DNA of 64,000 nt from a virus. How positions within the stretch are numbered: position 1 is the first letter of the stretch; each line of letters starts with the position of its first letter. Shown piece by piece: positions 16,460-26,149 of this stretch. The translations under genes were made by a program, and so were the position numbers. The stretch lies in the IMG/VR virus record IMGVR_UViG_3300032236_001129, positions 36,207 through 100,206 of that record; one strand, given 5' to 3'. A model generated the notes under the pieces. That model saw only the letters and a program-made list of their open reading frames with translations. It did no database searches and was not told where the DNA came from.

Positions 16460-17510
16460 CAGGACTTAGCATCAATACTGGGGTTGACTTCAAGGTATCC
16501 ATCACAGCTGCTGTGAGTTCTTCCCGCAAGTCAATCTCTTCTCGAAGCGAATCAATGAGAGCTTGAGCTCCTTGCCACTTACGATCATTATAGTACATCC
16601 AGCCACCACGTCGATCCACGATGCCATTGAGTAGAGATAGAGCTACGATTTCCTTACCGGAGTCATAGCTACCTGCATCAATAGGACCACCGTCTGCGAA
16701 GTAGAAGTCTAGATAAGCAGTCTGTTGTGGAGGATAAGTCTTGTTCTTAATAGTACGGACACGGATGGTTTGCCCCACACGGCGCTTCTCCTGTCCGGTG
16801 CCTACCTCAAGCCATTCATCACGCTTTACTTCGCAACGAACGCTGTAGGCATAGTCTTTACCAAGACCTCCCGGTGTTGTACGAGGATCGCCATGCATGA
16901 CGCCGATCTTCATACGGTATTGATTAATCATCATGCCCAGTACGGGGCGTTCTGACTCAATCAAATCTCTTTTAGTTGCTGACATCACCTTACGGAAAAA
17001 CTTATTGGTGATTAAAGCTCCTCGTCCGACGGTGAATTCATCCATTGCTTTCTCATCCTCCGCAGAAGGAACGAGGGCAGGAAGAGAATCAATAACAACC
17101 ATATCCACCGCTTTGCTTTCCATGAATTTAATAACGGCATCGAAGGCATCCTCCATACTATTGGTTTCAACAAGTAGAACACGACCTGTGTCTACTCCGC
17201 AGAGCTCTGCGTATTTTGCATCGAAGTCTTCAGCAGCAATCCATACTGCTGTGAACTCTGGATTGACTTGCTGGTTAGCAGCGATGGTACGAAGAGCGAG
17301 CGCTGTCTTACCATGTGATGCCTCACCTACTAGTTCTACCCAGCGGTTCATAGGCCAACCTCCACCTAGAACAACATCTAAGGTAAGAGAACCGGTTGTG
17401 ATTCTGCTAGGCATGTTGACGTCGCTAGCTGCAACGACAGTGTTAGATCCCAGCTTCTTGTTAAGGAGAGCTGCTACCTTGAGTGCCTCTGAATTAATTG
17501 TCATTGTCAT
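16449..17510 (-). CDS. recA: RecA recombinase
   Basis: TTGSLTLD..LGGG, GEASHGKT, VVIDS, INQYRMKIGVMHGDPRTTPGG, KNK. Confidence 0.95.
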   Translation of the reverse strand: MTMTINSEALKVAALLNKKLGSNTVVAASDVNMPSRITTGSLTLDVVLGGGWPMNRWVELVGEASHGKTALALRTIAANQQVNPEFTAVWIAAEDFDAKYAELCGVDTGRVLLVETNSMEDAFDAVIKFMESKAVDMVVIDSLPALVPSAEDEKAMDEFTVGRGALITNKFFRKVMSATKRDLIESERPVLGMMINQYRMKIGVMHGDPRTTPGGLGKDYAYSVRCEVKRDEWLEVGTGQEKRRVGQTIRVRTIKNKTYPPQQTAYLDFYFADGGPIDAGSYDSGKEIVALSLLNGIVDRRGGWMYYNDRKWQGAQALIDSLREEIDLREELTAAVMDTLKSTPVLMLSPDEE

Positions 17511-17908
17511 TAACCGATCCTATCTACGATTACATTTGGATTGAAGCCGCCACCTTGGCCTACTTGCTTTGCTTTCTGCGTAGGTGTGCCGGAAGATCCA
17601 GCAGGCATTCCTGCTCCAGATCCTTGCTGCATTACCGGATAGCCACAGTCATAGCAACGCATACGTTGCGTACCTACTGGGGCAAAATAATTTCCAGAGT
17701 TACACTCGGGGCAACGATCTGCCTTCTTTGCACTCTGAGCTTTGGTAGTTAACTGATCGGTATTTGGATCATAGTTAACCTGAAGATTGGGCTGTTGTGG
17801 CTGTGGTGTATACGGAACCTGAGCGTTAGGAGTGCTTTGCACACCAGGTTGACGTGGGTTCTGATTACCGAGCTTGTTAGCCCACCAGTTTTGATTACTC
17901 ATATTCAT
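17510..17908 (-). CDS. Gln/Pro-rich zinc-ribbon protein
   Basis: CPECNSGNY...RCYDCGYP. Confidence 0.75.
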   Translation of the reverse strand: MNMSNQNWWANKLGNQNPRQPGVQSTPNAQVPYTPQPQQPNLQVNYDPNTDQLTTKAQSAKKADRCPECNSGNYFAPVGTQRMRCYDCGYPVMQQGSGAGMPAGSSGTPTQKAKQVGQGGGFNPNVIVDRIG

Positions 17909-18323
17909 GTCCTGCCTTTGATTCTAGTAGTCCTAAATCAAATAGAGTTGAGATGCACGAGATGGAGGAAGACAGAGCAACGATCTTAAATAGAGCTGTC
18001 ATCTTGTCAAGAGACTCGTCATTGATATCTAAAGCTTCTACATCGTTATCATCTAGGACGTAGGCTGCTATAGATATGCGAGCTGCCATATCTGAGTGCG
18101 AATCAATAAACGGCAATAAGCTAGCAAAGCGTTCTAAGCGCTTTTGACTAGCTTGCTCTTCCATGTCTGATACCTCATCTGAAATTGGAGGCAAGCCCAA
18201 GGCATTAGCTATGCCTTCGGCTGGCTCCAACATCGTGTCATAGATAGCCTGTCGTATTAAGATAGGCAAGGGTATGTGCTTTACCCTGGTTCTCTGAGGT
18301 TTCTTCTTACGTTTAAAAATCAT
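17895..18323 (-). CDS. Hypothetical protein (start refined to MIFKRKK)
   Basis: ATG at 18323 overlaps the TGA of the upstream small gene. Confidence 0.7.
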   Translation of the reverse strand: MIFKRKKKPQRTRVKHIPLPILIRQAIYDTMLEPAEGIANALGLPPISDEVSDMEEQASQKRLERFASLLPFIDSHSDMAARISIAAYVLDDNDVEALDINDESLDKMTALFKIVALSSSISCISTLFDLGLLESKAGHEYE

Positions 18324-18451
18324 GGGCGAGATTCCCAACGCTTCTCGCAACGTGTGCAAAGGATAGTGAAATCCTGCTGCGTCCAAGAAATGCTATACAT
18401 CTTGTGCCCAAATACTCTACAAATAAACTGACTCACTTTGCTTCTACCCAT
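18320..18451 (-). CDS. Small zinc-binding protein (DUF1660-like, 43 aa)
   Basis: Read by hand: MGRSKVSQFICRVFGHKMYSISWTQQDFTILCTRCEKRWESRP; C...GH...CxRC. Confidence 0.6.
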   Translation of the reverse strand: MGRSKVSQFICRVFGHKMYSISWTQQDFTILCTRCEKRWESRP

Positions 18452-20426
18452 CTTTTGCTTCTCCCCATCTATTGACAATTTTAACATCTGCTAGAAGTGG
18501 GATATCTAGGGCTTTGATGCCTTCCATAGCTTCACGAATAGCGGCTGCTGTTTCTTCTATAATCTCTATAGGCGCAACTGTAACTAGTTCATCATGAATA
18601 GTTAGGATCATAGCAGCACCGTCAGGAAGCAGGTTGTATGCCCGCACCATTGCTAGCTTAATAAGATCCGCAGCAGAGCCTTGAATAACTGTGTTGAACG
18701 CCTGACGTTCTGCACCAGCACGACGACCCATCTCAGGAGACAGAAGGTCTGGTAGATAACGACGACGGTTTAGATATGTAAGAGCATAAGGAACCGGACC
18801 ACGCCTACGAGTTTCAGCAATGACCTTCTTCTTATACTTAGCAATAGACGGAAACTTACGTCCAAAGCTGTCTAGCAGATCACGTGCTTCTCTAGAGGAA
18901 ACTCCAATAGAAGTAGCAATCTTTTCAGGACCAACCCCGTACATCATTGCAAGTACGAGAGTTTTAGCAGCACTGCGATCTACTCCCACCGTGTTACCGA
19001 TGGTGGTATAGATATCGACTCCATCAATATAGTTCTGACAAAGAACTCTATCTCCAGAGAATGATGAAAGAATGCGTGGCTCGATCTGTGAGTAGTCAGC
19101 TACAACAAGTTGGTAGCCCTCAGGAGCTACGAACAAGTTACGGATAGCCTTACCGTTCACAGTACGAGGGTTAGGTACATTCTGCAAATTTGGATTCCGA
19201 CTTGAAAAGCGCCCCGTGTCTGCACCGTACTGAATGAAGTCAGTATGGATGCGGCCTTTAAGGAGGAGAGATTTTTTAGCCACTGTTTTTGCTTTTCCAC
19301 CTGTGGTGCGAGTGATGTCACCGCCTAGGTATGGAATCACATAAGTTGTAAGCAACTTATTCAAGTCGGAATAATTGAGTAGGGCATCAACTAAAGCATC
19401 CTTGCCCTGGAATGCTTTGAGCGCAGGCTCAGACACCGAGTAGTCTGAGATGACGGGAGCCAACCCCGCTTCGCTATTGCTGATGCCCTTAGGCGTAAGA
19501 AGGCGAGGTCGAAGCCCACGACCGCCATCTTGTTTGGATGAAAAAAGTAACTTCTGCTTTTCAGGAACACTGTTAATGTTAAAAGCTTTACCAGCTAGGC
19601 GATAGATATCAGCTTTAGTAGTCTCTAGCTGTAGCTCAAGGTTGTTCTTAAGAACCTTTAGAGCCTCGACGTCAATGTCTGCACCGTGTAATTCCATGCT
19701 AGAGATAACACGTAGCACATCCATCTCAAGATTAAATACACCACGCACACTATCACGATCTAGACGGGGTTCAAACTTCTTCCAAAGCTTCCAGGTCCAC
19801 TCAGCATCTAGTGCAGCGTAGGTAGCAACATCGTCAAAGGTGTGGATTTCAATTTGAGCACCAACACCTTTGACCATGTTGTAATTGAACTCTCGTTTTA
19901 AGCAATCATCTAGCCCCAGAGCACGGCTATTCCGGGTGTCAAGAATAAAAGCTGCGTTGAGAGTACAGGCATATGGTTGAGCAGGAAGCCCACCGATGTA
20001 TTTAGAAACACTTTGTAAATCGAACTTAAGGTTGTGACCAATTTTTAGATTGTCACTAAAGAATAAAGGCTTTAGAGCTTTGAATACTTCACCAGCTGTG
20101 AGTTGCTCAGGGGCTTCACTAAAAATCTTTGTGGCTTTACGCTCATCTTTACTGTAATCGATAGGGCGAATAGGCAAGCCCTTGATAAGACGATCTTGGG
20201 CAGAAGGTAGCAAAGGATAATCAGTACGTACGTAGTCACCATTAGGGTGACCCATAGGGATAACATCAACACGGCCGTCAGTTGCGAGCGCAATCCAAAC
20301 GACTTGGTTCTGTCGTGGGTCTCCACGAGTATCGCCCATAGTTTCTACGTCAAAGACAAAAGCGTCTTTGTTTAAGTAGTACTCTACGAGTTCAGATAAC
20401 TGATCCTCGGTTGTAATAATATTCAT
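18444..20426 (-). CDS. polA: Family A DNA polymerase with 3'-5' exonuclease
   Basis: FDVET, HNLKFD, YAALDA; TGRFSSRNPNLQN, ADYSQIEPR, KTLVLAMMYG, NTVIQGSAAD, IHDE. Confidence 0.95.
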   Translation of the reverse strand: MNIITTEDQLSELVEYYLNKDAFVFDVETMGDTRGDPRQNQVVWIALATDGRVDVIPMGHPNGDYVRTDYPLLPSAQDRLIKGLPIRPIDYSKDERKATKIFSEAPEQLTAGEVFKALKPLFFSDNLKIGHNLKFDLQSVSKYIGGLPAQPYACTLNAAFILDTRNSRALGLDDCLKREFNYNMVKGVGAQIEIHTFDDVATYAALDAEWTWKLWKKFEPRLDRDSVRGVFNLEMDVLRVISSMELHGADIDVEALKVLKNNLELQLETTKADIYRLAGKAFNINSVPEKQKLLFSSKQDGGRGLRPRLLTPKGISNSEAGLAPVISDYSVSEPALKAFQGKDALVDALLNYSDLNKLLTTYVIPYLGGDITRTTGGKAKTVAKKSLLLKGRIHTDFIQYGADTGRFSSRNPNLQNVPNPRTVNGKAIRNLFVAPEGYQLVVADYSQIEPRILSSFSGDRVLCQNYIDGVDIYTTIGNTVGVDRSAAKTLVLAMMYGVGPEKIATSIGVSSREARDLLDSFGRKFPSIAKYKKKVIAETRRRGPVPYALTYLNRRRYLPDLLSPEMGRRAGAERQAFNTVIQGSAADLIKLAMVRAYNLLPDGAAMILTIHDELVTVAPIEIIEETAAAIREAMEGIKALDIPLLADVKIVNRWGEAKDG

Positions 20427-20443
20427 TGCTCTCCTGTGAGTAG

Positions 20444-20489
20444 GTTAGGGAGCCGGTAGAAAGGAGGTTCAAAAACCCGGCTCCCCAAC
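20444..20489 (-). promoter_or_regulatory. 13-bp hairpin with an anti-SD loop upstream of polA
   Basis: GUUGGGGAGCCGG/CCGGCUCCCUAAC (one G-U pair) with loop ...GAACCUCCUUUCUA. Confidence 0.6.
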
Positions 20490-20503
20490 ATTAGTGGGAT
20501 AGA

Positions 20504-21208
20504 TTAGTTAGCAGCAGCGATTTCTCGTGCTACATCAGCGAGCTCTTCCTTAGAGGACATGTAGAGTGCCTCAGGACCAAATGGCTTAAGAGTCTTGATG
20601 TATTCAGCTGTTGCTACTGGATCGATATCCCAATCCTCAGCGAGATCACGTTCCTTAACAGGAACGACAGAGTGAGTAGTCTTGGTACCAGTACCAGACT
20701 TACTTACTGCGTAGTACAAATCTGGGCGATTGAGTGGGCCGGTCTTTGGATCAGACGCAAGCTTCTCAAGCTGCTTACAGAGACGTACACCTACGATCAT
20801 TAGTTCAAGCGATGGGCCTTCTGGATCAGAAAGGTTAAGCACTGTGAATGCAAACTTCTGTGATGGCACGCTACCTACTGCGATGAGTGGGTCGCCCTCA
20901 CCAACAGAGATGAATGACTTCTTGCCTGGACGGTTAACCCAGTGTTGCATGAAAGCCATTGGCTCTGATGAGATGAACTTAACGAGTTGTAGATCTTCAT
21001 CAAACTTAAAGTCGGTAGCGAACTTGCTGTTCTTTACAGTAGCCTGCTTGGCTGCAGCCCAACCGGTTTGGATGATAGATGAATTTGAAGAGGTAGTTGT
21101 TTCGTCCTCTTCGATAAAAAGATCTTCTTCAGTAACAGAAGATGTTGTTGTGTATGAGTCTACGTTTGGAACGTCTGACTTATTGGCACGAAGTGATGTT
21201 GCGGTCAT
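20504..21208 (-). CDS. Probable single-stranded DNA-binding protein (gp32-like)
   Basis: Adjacent to polA; acidic N-terminus, QHWV, SKSGTGTKT..Y/H pattern. Confidence 0.6.
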   Translation of the reverse strand: MTATSLRANKSDVPNVDSYTTTSSVTEEDLFIEEDETTTSSNSSIIQTGWAAAKQATVKNSKFATDFKFDEDLQLVKFISSEPMAFMQHWVNRPGKKSFISVGEGDPLIAVGSVPSQKFAFTVLNLSDPEGPSLELMIVGVRLCKQLEKLASDPKTGPLNRPDLYYAVSKSGTGTKTTHSVVPVKERDLAEDWDIDPVATAEYIKTLKPFGPEALYMSSKEELADVAREIAAAN

Positions 21209-21234
21209 GTTGGTCTTCTTTCATAGGTCGTTGG

Positions 21235-21705
21235 TCAGTTAACTTCTTGATCGTGAATATGTTTCCAAGTATCCATCAGTTCTAGTGATAGATCTGGATG
21301 CCTATTCCAATCGATTCTTGGAGCTTCTATAAGCCCACGGGCTTCAAAAGCTTCAATGGTAGCTTCTACTATTGCTCTGCTGTACATTCGCCAACCTGGC
21401 TTCTTTACACCATTTACAATAGGAGACTTTAGTCTATAAGGTGCACGAGGAATATATCCCTTGCGTTCCCATAAACGGATAGTCACTAGAGGTCTACCGA
21501 GTGCTAGAGCAAAAGCCCCTGCACTAAATAATTCTACCACATTTCCGTTAGGTAGTTTCTTACTTTGTGGGTCTGAATCCCACGAGCCTTCTTCTTTTAC
21601 CTTAGGCTTTTTAGCCTCAGGGTTTAGAGGACGACGCTTTCTTTTAGAGCCTGGATAGTACTCATCGAGTTCCGATAGAAGACGATTTACTTGATCGTCG
21701 CTCAT
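21235..21705 (-). CDS. MerR-like HTH DNA-binding protein (start refined to MSDDQV)
   Basis: FSAGAFALALGRPLVTIRLWERKGYIP...RMYS. Confidence 0.7.
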   Translation of the reverse strand: MSDDQVNRLLSELDEYYPGSKRKRRPLNPEAKKPKVKEEGSWDSDPQSKKLPNGNVVELFSAGAFALALGRPLVTIRLWERKGYIPRAPYRLKSPIVNGVKKPGWRMYSRAIVEATIEAFEARGLIEAPRIDWNRHPDLSLELMDTWKHIHDQEVN

Positions 21706-21964
21706 GGGAGTACCCTTCTGAACTCTTTGAATATACTTGGCGTTCATGATAGCTAGTAGGCTTTCTAGATGCCTTAGCCATCTGATCTTCACGCAGCTTC
21801 TTCCTTACAATTTCAGCTGCAGCTTCTTCCTCATTTAATACAGAACGTTCTTCTGAAAGAACAATCTCTACAAGAGTCTGAGCCACTTCTGCTAAACGAT
21901 CTTCTTCTACATCAGGAAAGTTATCCTGAATAAAGTTTTCTAATAGTGGAGAGATAATCTCCAC
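21662..21964 (-). CDS. Hypothetical protein (probable GTG start at 21964)
   Basis: Acidic helical N-terminal half; avoids a long overlap with the upstream gene. Confidence 0.5.
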   Translation of the reverse strand: MEIISPLLENFIQDNFPDVEEDRLAEVAQTLVEIVLSEERSVLNEEEAAAEIVRKKLREDQMAKASRKPTSYHERQVYSKSSEGYSHERRSSKSSSIGTR

Positions 21965-21968
21965 GTGC

Positions 21969-22406
21969 CTAGGATTTGCTCGGAATGAACGCATAAGACA
22001 CCGCCTTAGGAAACATTGAGTCGATCTCTTCTTCGGTAAGAAGATCTTCGTACAAGCAAGCCATAACCTCTGACTCATCTAGAACAGGTACAAGCTTATA
22101 GCAACGATCAGTAAGACCCTTTTGCTTTAGGATTGCACGAGCAGTATCTTCGTCAAGCTTTTGTGTGACTCTGCGTTGACGCTGCAGGGACTGATAGCCA
22201 TCTACCTCTTCGGGTAGCGTGTACCAGATATGACCCTTTTCATCGGGCGTACCCTCATTATCCACAAGATCAGATAGCTCTGCCTTGAGGCTAGATTGTT
22301 CTTTGGTTAGGTCTTCGATACGACCACGTAGACTTACATACTTACGCACCTTGGCAACAATTGGGTTACCTTCTTTAGGTGCTTCTCTTTCAATAACTTT
22401 TGGCAT
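21969..22406 (-). CDS. Hypothetical coiled-coil protein (Gam/gp157-like)
   Basis: 145 aa, N-terminal coiled coil. Confidence 0.55.
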   Translation of the reverse strand: MPKVIEREAPKEGNPIVAKVRKYVSLRGRIEDLTKEQSSLKAELSDLVDNEGTPDEKGHIWYTLPEEVDGYQSLQRQRRVTQKLDEDTARAILKQKGLTDRCYKLVPVLDESEVMACLYEDLLTEEEIDSMFPKAVSYAFIPSKS

Positions 22407-22428
22407 TTGTTTAACCCCCCTATTAAAT

Positions 22429-22457
22429 ACTATACCACAGGAAAATTAGTCTTGCAA
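22429..22457 (-). promoter_or_regulatory. SigA-like promoter
   Basis: TTGCAA-17-TATAGT with an extended TGTGG. Confidence 0.65.
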
Positions 22458-22601
22458 CTCCGGCTTAACGTAGTCCTTTAGGGCAGCCACGATTACATCC
22501 GTGACTGTACGGCCATCGATCTGAGCCTTGTCTTTGACAGCGGTCCAGAGCTCGTTTGATACCCGGATGGTACGGGTCGGGGTCTTAGGTGCGTTTGGCA
22601 T
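22446..22601 (-). CDS. Ribbon-helix-helix DNA-binding protein (51 aa)
   Basis: Read by hand: MPNAPKTPTRTIRVSNELWTAVKDKAQIDGRTVTDVIVAALKDYVKPELQD (Arc/CopG pattern). Confidence 0.8.
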   Translation of the reverse strand: MPNAPKTPTRTIRVSNELWTAVKDKAQIDGRTVTDVIVAALKDYVKPELQD

Positions 22602-22610
22602 CCCACTAGT

Positions 22611-24191
22611 TTAGACCATCGTCTCTTGAAGGAATGCTTTAAGACTACCCAAATTTAATTCAACTCCACCGGCCTCGTTGATACCCTCGCCATCCATAAC
22701 AGCGTCAGCCACTGCATTCTTTTGCAACAACATATCGTGTTGTCGCTCTTCGATAGACCCCTCCATCAGGAAGTCTTGAATAACGATACTAGGCCACGTC
22801 GAAGATGCTCTGCGTATGCGGCCATTTCTTTGAAGAGCCAGCCCAGCGTTCCAAGGCAGATCATAGTTAATGAGTAGATTAGCTTGAGGCAAGTCCACAC
22901 CATACCCACCGGCATCACTGCTAACAAGCACACGGCAATCTGGATCAGTTTGAAAAGTAACCTTAGCGTGTTCTTTATCTCTAGCATCTAGCTCTCCTGT
23001 ATACAGCTGTGCGTTAAAGTCTTCAAGCTCACGAGCAATAAGCTTAGCCATATGTACATAGCTGGTAAAGATAACAACCTTATTCTTATCATAGCTTTCT
23101 AAGAATTCATATACATAGCGACGAAGAGCATCCATCTTTGGAGATCCCTTTAGATCATCAAGCTTGCCAGCCTCATCTAAATCATTTACATACTTTGATC
23201 CAGCTCCGTTGTCATACCGGTACTTGCCGGCTGATGTCTTAAGCAAAGCTGGCGCATCACAAAGCATTCTTAATGCTGTTAGTTTAGACATGATCTTTCC
23301 CTTGAGAGCATTGGCTGCCTCATTCTGATTCTCACCAGAGTAGTGTGAGAATAAGTCAAAGGATGTGCCGTAGCTATCAATTGCCTGCTCTAGATCATCT
23401 AGGATTTCACTGGCAATAAGGTTGTAGAGCTTTACCCCGGCCCGATCAAACGGCACACGGATAGGCTCAGCAAAGATAGTCTTAGGTAGGTAAGGTGCTA
23501 CGTCTGGGTCTTGCTGACGCTTGCGTACACTGGCAGTAGCCATAGCAGTATTTAATGTAGGTAGATTGCGGTAACGCTCTACCCCACCAAAATGATTACG
23601 AACAATAAAAGTCTTATCAAATAAATCAAAACGTCCTAGAACTTTAGGATCCACAAACTGCATGATGCTATAGAGTTCCTCAGGCTTACCGTTCTCGATA
23701 GGAGTTCCGGTAAGAGCATACTTAACTCTACTGTCTAACTTCTTTACATGCTTGGAGCGTTTAGATCTGAAGGACTTGATGGCTGTTGCTTCATCGCATA
23801 CGATGAATCCTCTGCAGAGCTTTGATACTTGCTCCCAGTCGTTAACAACTTGCTCGTAGTTGATAATGACGTAGTCAACGAGCGTATGGCCCCAGTCGAA
23901 AGCTTCTTCGTATTGAGCTTCTCGTTGCTTTGGGGTGCCATCAATGACCAAAGGGTTTGCAGTACCATTTGTAAATTTCCTAATCTGTTCAGCCCATTGA
24001 TACTTAAGGCTTGATAAACAGATAATGATACCAGGCTCTGTAATTTTTTCTTGTTCTTTTAATTTTTCTAGTGCAGCAATAGTAAGAACAGTTTTACCCA
24101 GGCCAAGGTCGTAGGCCACCAGCATCTTCTTGCGGGCGACCATAGTCTCTACGGCATCAACCTGGTAAGGTAAAAGTGTTCCTGTGAACAT
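22611..24191 (-). CDS. SNF2-like superfamily 2 helicase
   Basis: DLGLGKT, CDEAT, LTGTPIEN, GVDL...NYDLPWN, QRNGRIRR. Confidence 0.9.
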   Translation of the reverse strand: MFTGTLLPYQVDAVETMVARKKMLVAYDLGLGKTVLTIAALEKLKEQEKITEPGIIICLSSLKYQWAEQIRKFTNGTANPLVIDGTPKQREAQYEEAFDWGHTLVDYVIINYEQVVNDWEQVSKLCRGFIVCDEATAIKSFRSKRSKHVKKLDSRVKYALTGTPIENGKPEELYSIMQFVDPKVLGRFDLFDKTFIVRNHFGGVERYRNLPTLNTAMATASVRKRQQDPDVAPYLPKTIFAEPIRVPFDRAGVKLYNLIASEILDDLEQAIDSYGTSFDLFSHYSGENQNEAANALKGKIMSKLTALRMLCDAPALLKTSAGKYRYDNGAGSKYVNDLDEAGKLDDLKGSPKMDALRRYVYEFLESYDKNKVVIFTSYVHMAKLIARELEDFNAQLYTGELDARDKEHAKVTFQTDPDCRVLVSSDAGGYGVDLPQANLLINYDLPWNAGLALQRNGRIRRASSTWPSIVIQDFLMEGSIEERQHDMLLQKNAVADAVMDGEGINEAGGVELNLGSLKAFLQETMV

Positions 24192-24736
24192 TAAACTAGG
24201 AGCCCCTGCATTCTTGTCTTGACCATAAGTTCTAGGTCTTCGATGGTTCCATTGTTAGTAAAGATTTGGTCTACCTTATACCCATCCATCTGTGACTCTG
24301 ATACATGAGCGTTAACAGCATCTATGCCTACACGCTTTACACGCCACAGCTGTGAGTTTGGGAATCCCTTTACATAGTCCGCTTCGTTGGTAAAGCGAAC
24401 ATCGGTAACCACAATATTATCCGAAGGAGTATAGGAACTTAAAGCCTGCTTAACCCAGAAGTCTTCCCCGAATACTTTACGAGCAGCTACTCCTGAGTTC
24501 TGAAGTAGGCGGCGAATATGTGGAGATTGCTTAGCCTTTTCCCAACCGTCACGGTCTACCCGTGCCTTAACAAATACTGGCTCTCCAACTATAGAGTCAA
24601 ACATTGGATTAGTCTCATAAAGAAAGTCACGAATCTTGTCAGCAAATGCTACACGGGTATAACCAAACTGATCCACAAGGATTTTAGCTACTGTGTCTTT
24701 GCCTGACTGTGCGTATCCTGTTAGTCCGATAATCAT
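24191..24736 (-). CDS. Deoxynucleoside monophosphate kinase
   Basis: MIIGLTGYAQSGKDT, FAD, RRLLQ, TDVRF.NE, HVSE; ATGA overlap with the primase stop. Confidence 0.85.
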   Translation of the reverse strand: MIIGLTGYAQSGKDTVAKILVDQFGYTRVAFADKIRDFLYETNPMFDSIVGEPVFVKARVDRDGWEKAKQSPHIRRLLQNSGVAARKVFGEDFWVKQALSSYTPSDNIVVTDVRFTNEADYVKGFPNSQLWRVKRVGIDAVNAHVSESQMDGYKVDQIFTNNGTIEDLELMVKTRMQGLLV

Positions 24737-25698
24737 AAAAATGCCGCCTCCCCGAACACTGAATGTTTTGAACCCTCTATACAATAGTGTACCAAATCTT
24801 CTGGCATGTCGCCAATATCTTTGTACTCGCTTCCTTGATAGTTCAAGAACCAGCACTCCATACCTTCTTTGCGAGTTCTTTCAAGTAGATCTAAAGATGC
24901 TTTCTTACCGGCAGCATCGTTATCCATTGCGATAATCAACTTGTCTGCTTCCTTCATCAGCTGGATCTGCAGATCACTGACTGAAGCACCGAAGGTTGAG
25001 ACTCCTCCAGCTACTCCCAATGATGCTAGGCGTACGCAGTCTAAAGGAGACTCAACTACAATCATTGTTCCGCCGGTAAATACGTCAAGACCAAATAAAG
25101 TTCTGGACTTGCCTACTCCAGTAGGACGGTTACGGAAGAAGCGTTCTGTTTGACTCTTCTCTTGCCAACCCATAAGCGTTTTAGATTGTGGGTTACGAAT
25201 AGGAGTGATCCAAGAATTCTTTTCTGGATTCCAACGCACACCATAATGAGCACAAGCATCTTCAGTAAGACCACGTTCCTCTAATGCCCAGTCAGGAACA
25301 TCATCAAAGACAGCAAGGCGTGCCTCGCTCATGCTTACCGGAGCTGGAAGAGATATATAAGAGTTGCGAGCCTCTTCAAGCTGGCGAGCAAGGTACTCAA
25401 AGTTAACTTCGATATTGCTACGAAGCCAATCCTTGGCAGCATCAAAGTCAACATGTCCCCATGGGGTAGTAAACTCTTTGATCTCACCAACAAGAGTAAG
25501 AAGGGTTCCTTTGTACCCGCATGAGAAACAGTGATGAACACCAGTCTCAGCATTCATAGACCAGGAGGGATTGTTATCTTCCCGGCCTGTGCGCTCCAAG
25601 TGCATTGGGCACCAAGCAATTAGCTCATCACCACGGTGATGATGAGTTTCAATACCGAGTGTAAGTAATACGCCTTCTACTGAGCCCTCTGCGTACAT
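24733..25698 (-). CDS. DNA primase (zinc finger plus TOPRIM)
   Basis: CPMH...CFSC; VVESPLD; MDNDAAG; KDIGD. Confidence 0.9.
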   Translation of the reverse strand: MYAEGSVEGVLLTLGIETHHHRGDELIAWCPMHLERTGREDNNPSWSMNAETGVHHCFSCGYKGTLLTLVGEIKEFTTPWGHVDFDAAKDWLRSNIEVNFEYLARQLEEARNSYISLPAPVSMSEARLAVFDDVPDWALEERGLTEDACAHYGVRWNPEKNSWITPIRNPQSKTLMGWQEKSQTERFFRNRPTGVGKSRTLFGLDVFTGGTMIVVESPLDCVRLASLGVAGGVSTFGASVSDLQIQLMKEADKLIIAMDNDAAGKKASLDLLERTRKEGMECWFLNYQGSEYKDIGDMPEDLVHYCIEGSKHSVFGEAAFL

Positions 25699-25907
25699 TA
25701 TTCTTTCCAGATGTAAGTTGGGTTATCGATTGGTGTAGGAGCTGTAGCTAGAGTTCCGCACAAGGCGCACTCCATCTCTGTAAAGTACATAGCAATCTCG
25801 TAGTCATCGAACATCGCTTGGATATTCCAGACCTTAGAACCGCATGGACATATATGTGTAGGCTCTCCTCGAAGATCCAACGCTAAGCTTTCTTCTTTTT
25901 CAATCAT
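25698..25907 (-). CDS. Small zinc-ribbon protein
   Basis: CPCGS...CALCG. Confidence 0.7.
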   Translation of the reverse strand: MIEKEESLALDLRGEPTHICPCGSKVWNIQAMFDDYEIAMYFTEMECALCGTLATAPTPIDNPTYIWKE

Positions 25908-26149
25908 CGTCTCGCCTTTCTGCGAATATTACGGCGCTCTTTAGGAGTGGTTCCACCCCATACGCCTTCCTTCTCGTTAATACTTAATGCATATGCTAGA
26001 CACTTGTCTTTAATCCAGCAATCGTTACAGACCTTCTTGGCCTGTGCTACATCTGATGGTTCGTACTCTTCTGGAAAGAAGATCTCCGTATCGTAATCAA
26101 CACAGAGCTGAGTACCATCAAATGGATTGGACGCCAGCGAAAGCAGCAT
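25904..26149 (-). CDS. whiB: Second WhiB-family regulator
   Basis: C...FFP...AKKVCNDCWIKDKCLAYAL...GVWGGTTPKER. Confidence 0.9.
   Translation of the reverse strand: MLLSLASNPFDGTQLCVDYDTEIFFPEEYEPSDVAQAKKVCNDCWIKDKCLAYALSINEKEGVWGGTTPKERRNIRRKARR

Noticed and set aside
16933-17544. 203 aa plus-strand ORF, and similar ones at 20730-21242, 42161-42598 and 43895-44545
   Set aside because: Antisense shadows of well-supported genes, with no motifs of their own.
20457-20476. Plus-strand gene starting after AGAAAGGAGGT
   Set aside because: No start codon at a usable distance, and the enclosing stem pairs fully only on the minus strand.
24737-24856. N-terminal extension of the dNMP kinase given by the ORF track
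   Set aside because: Overlaps the primase gene; the family begins at MIIGLTG with an ATGA overlap.
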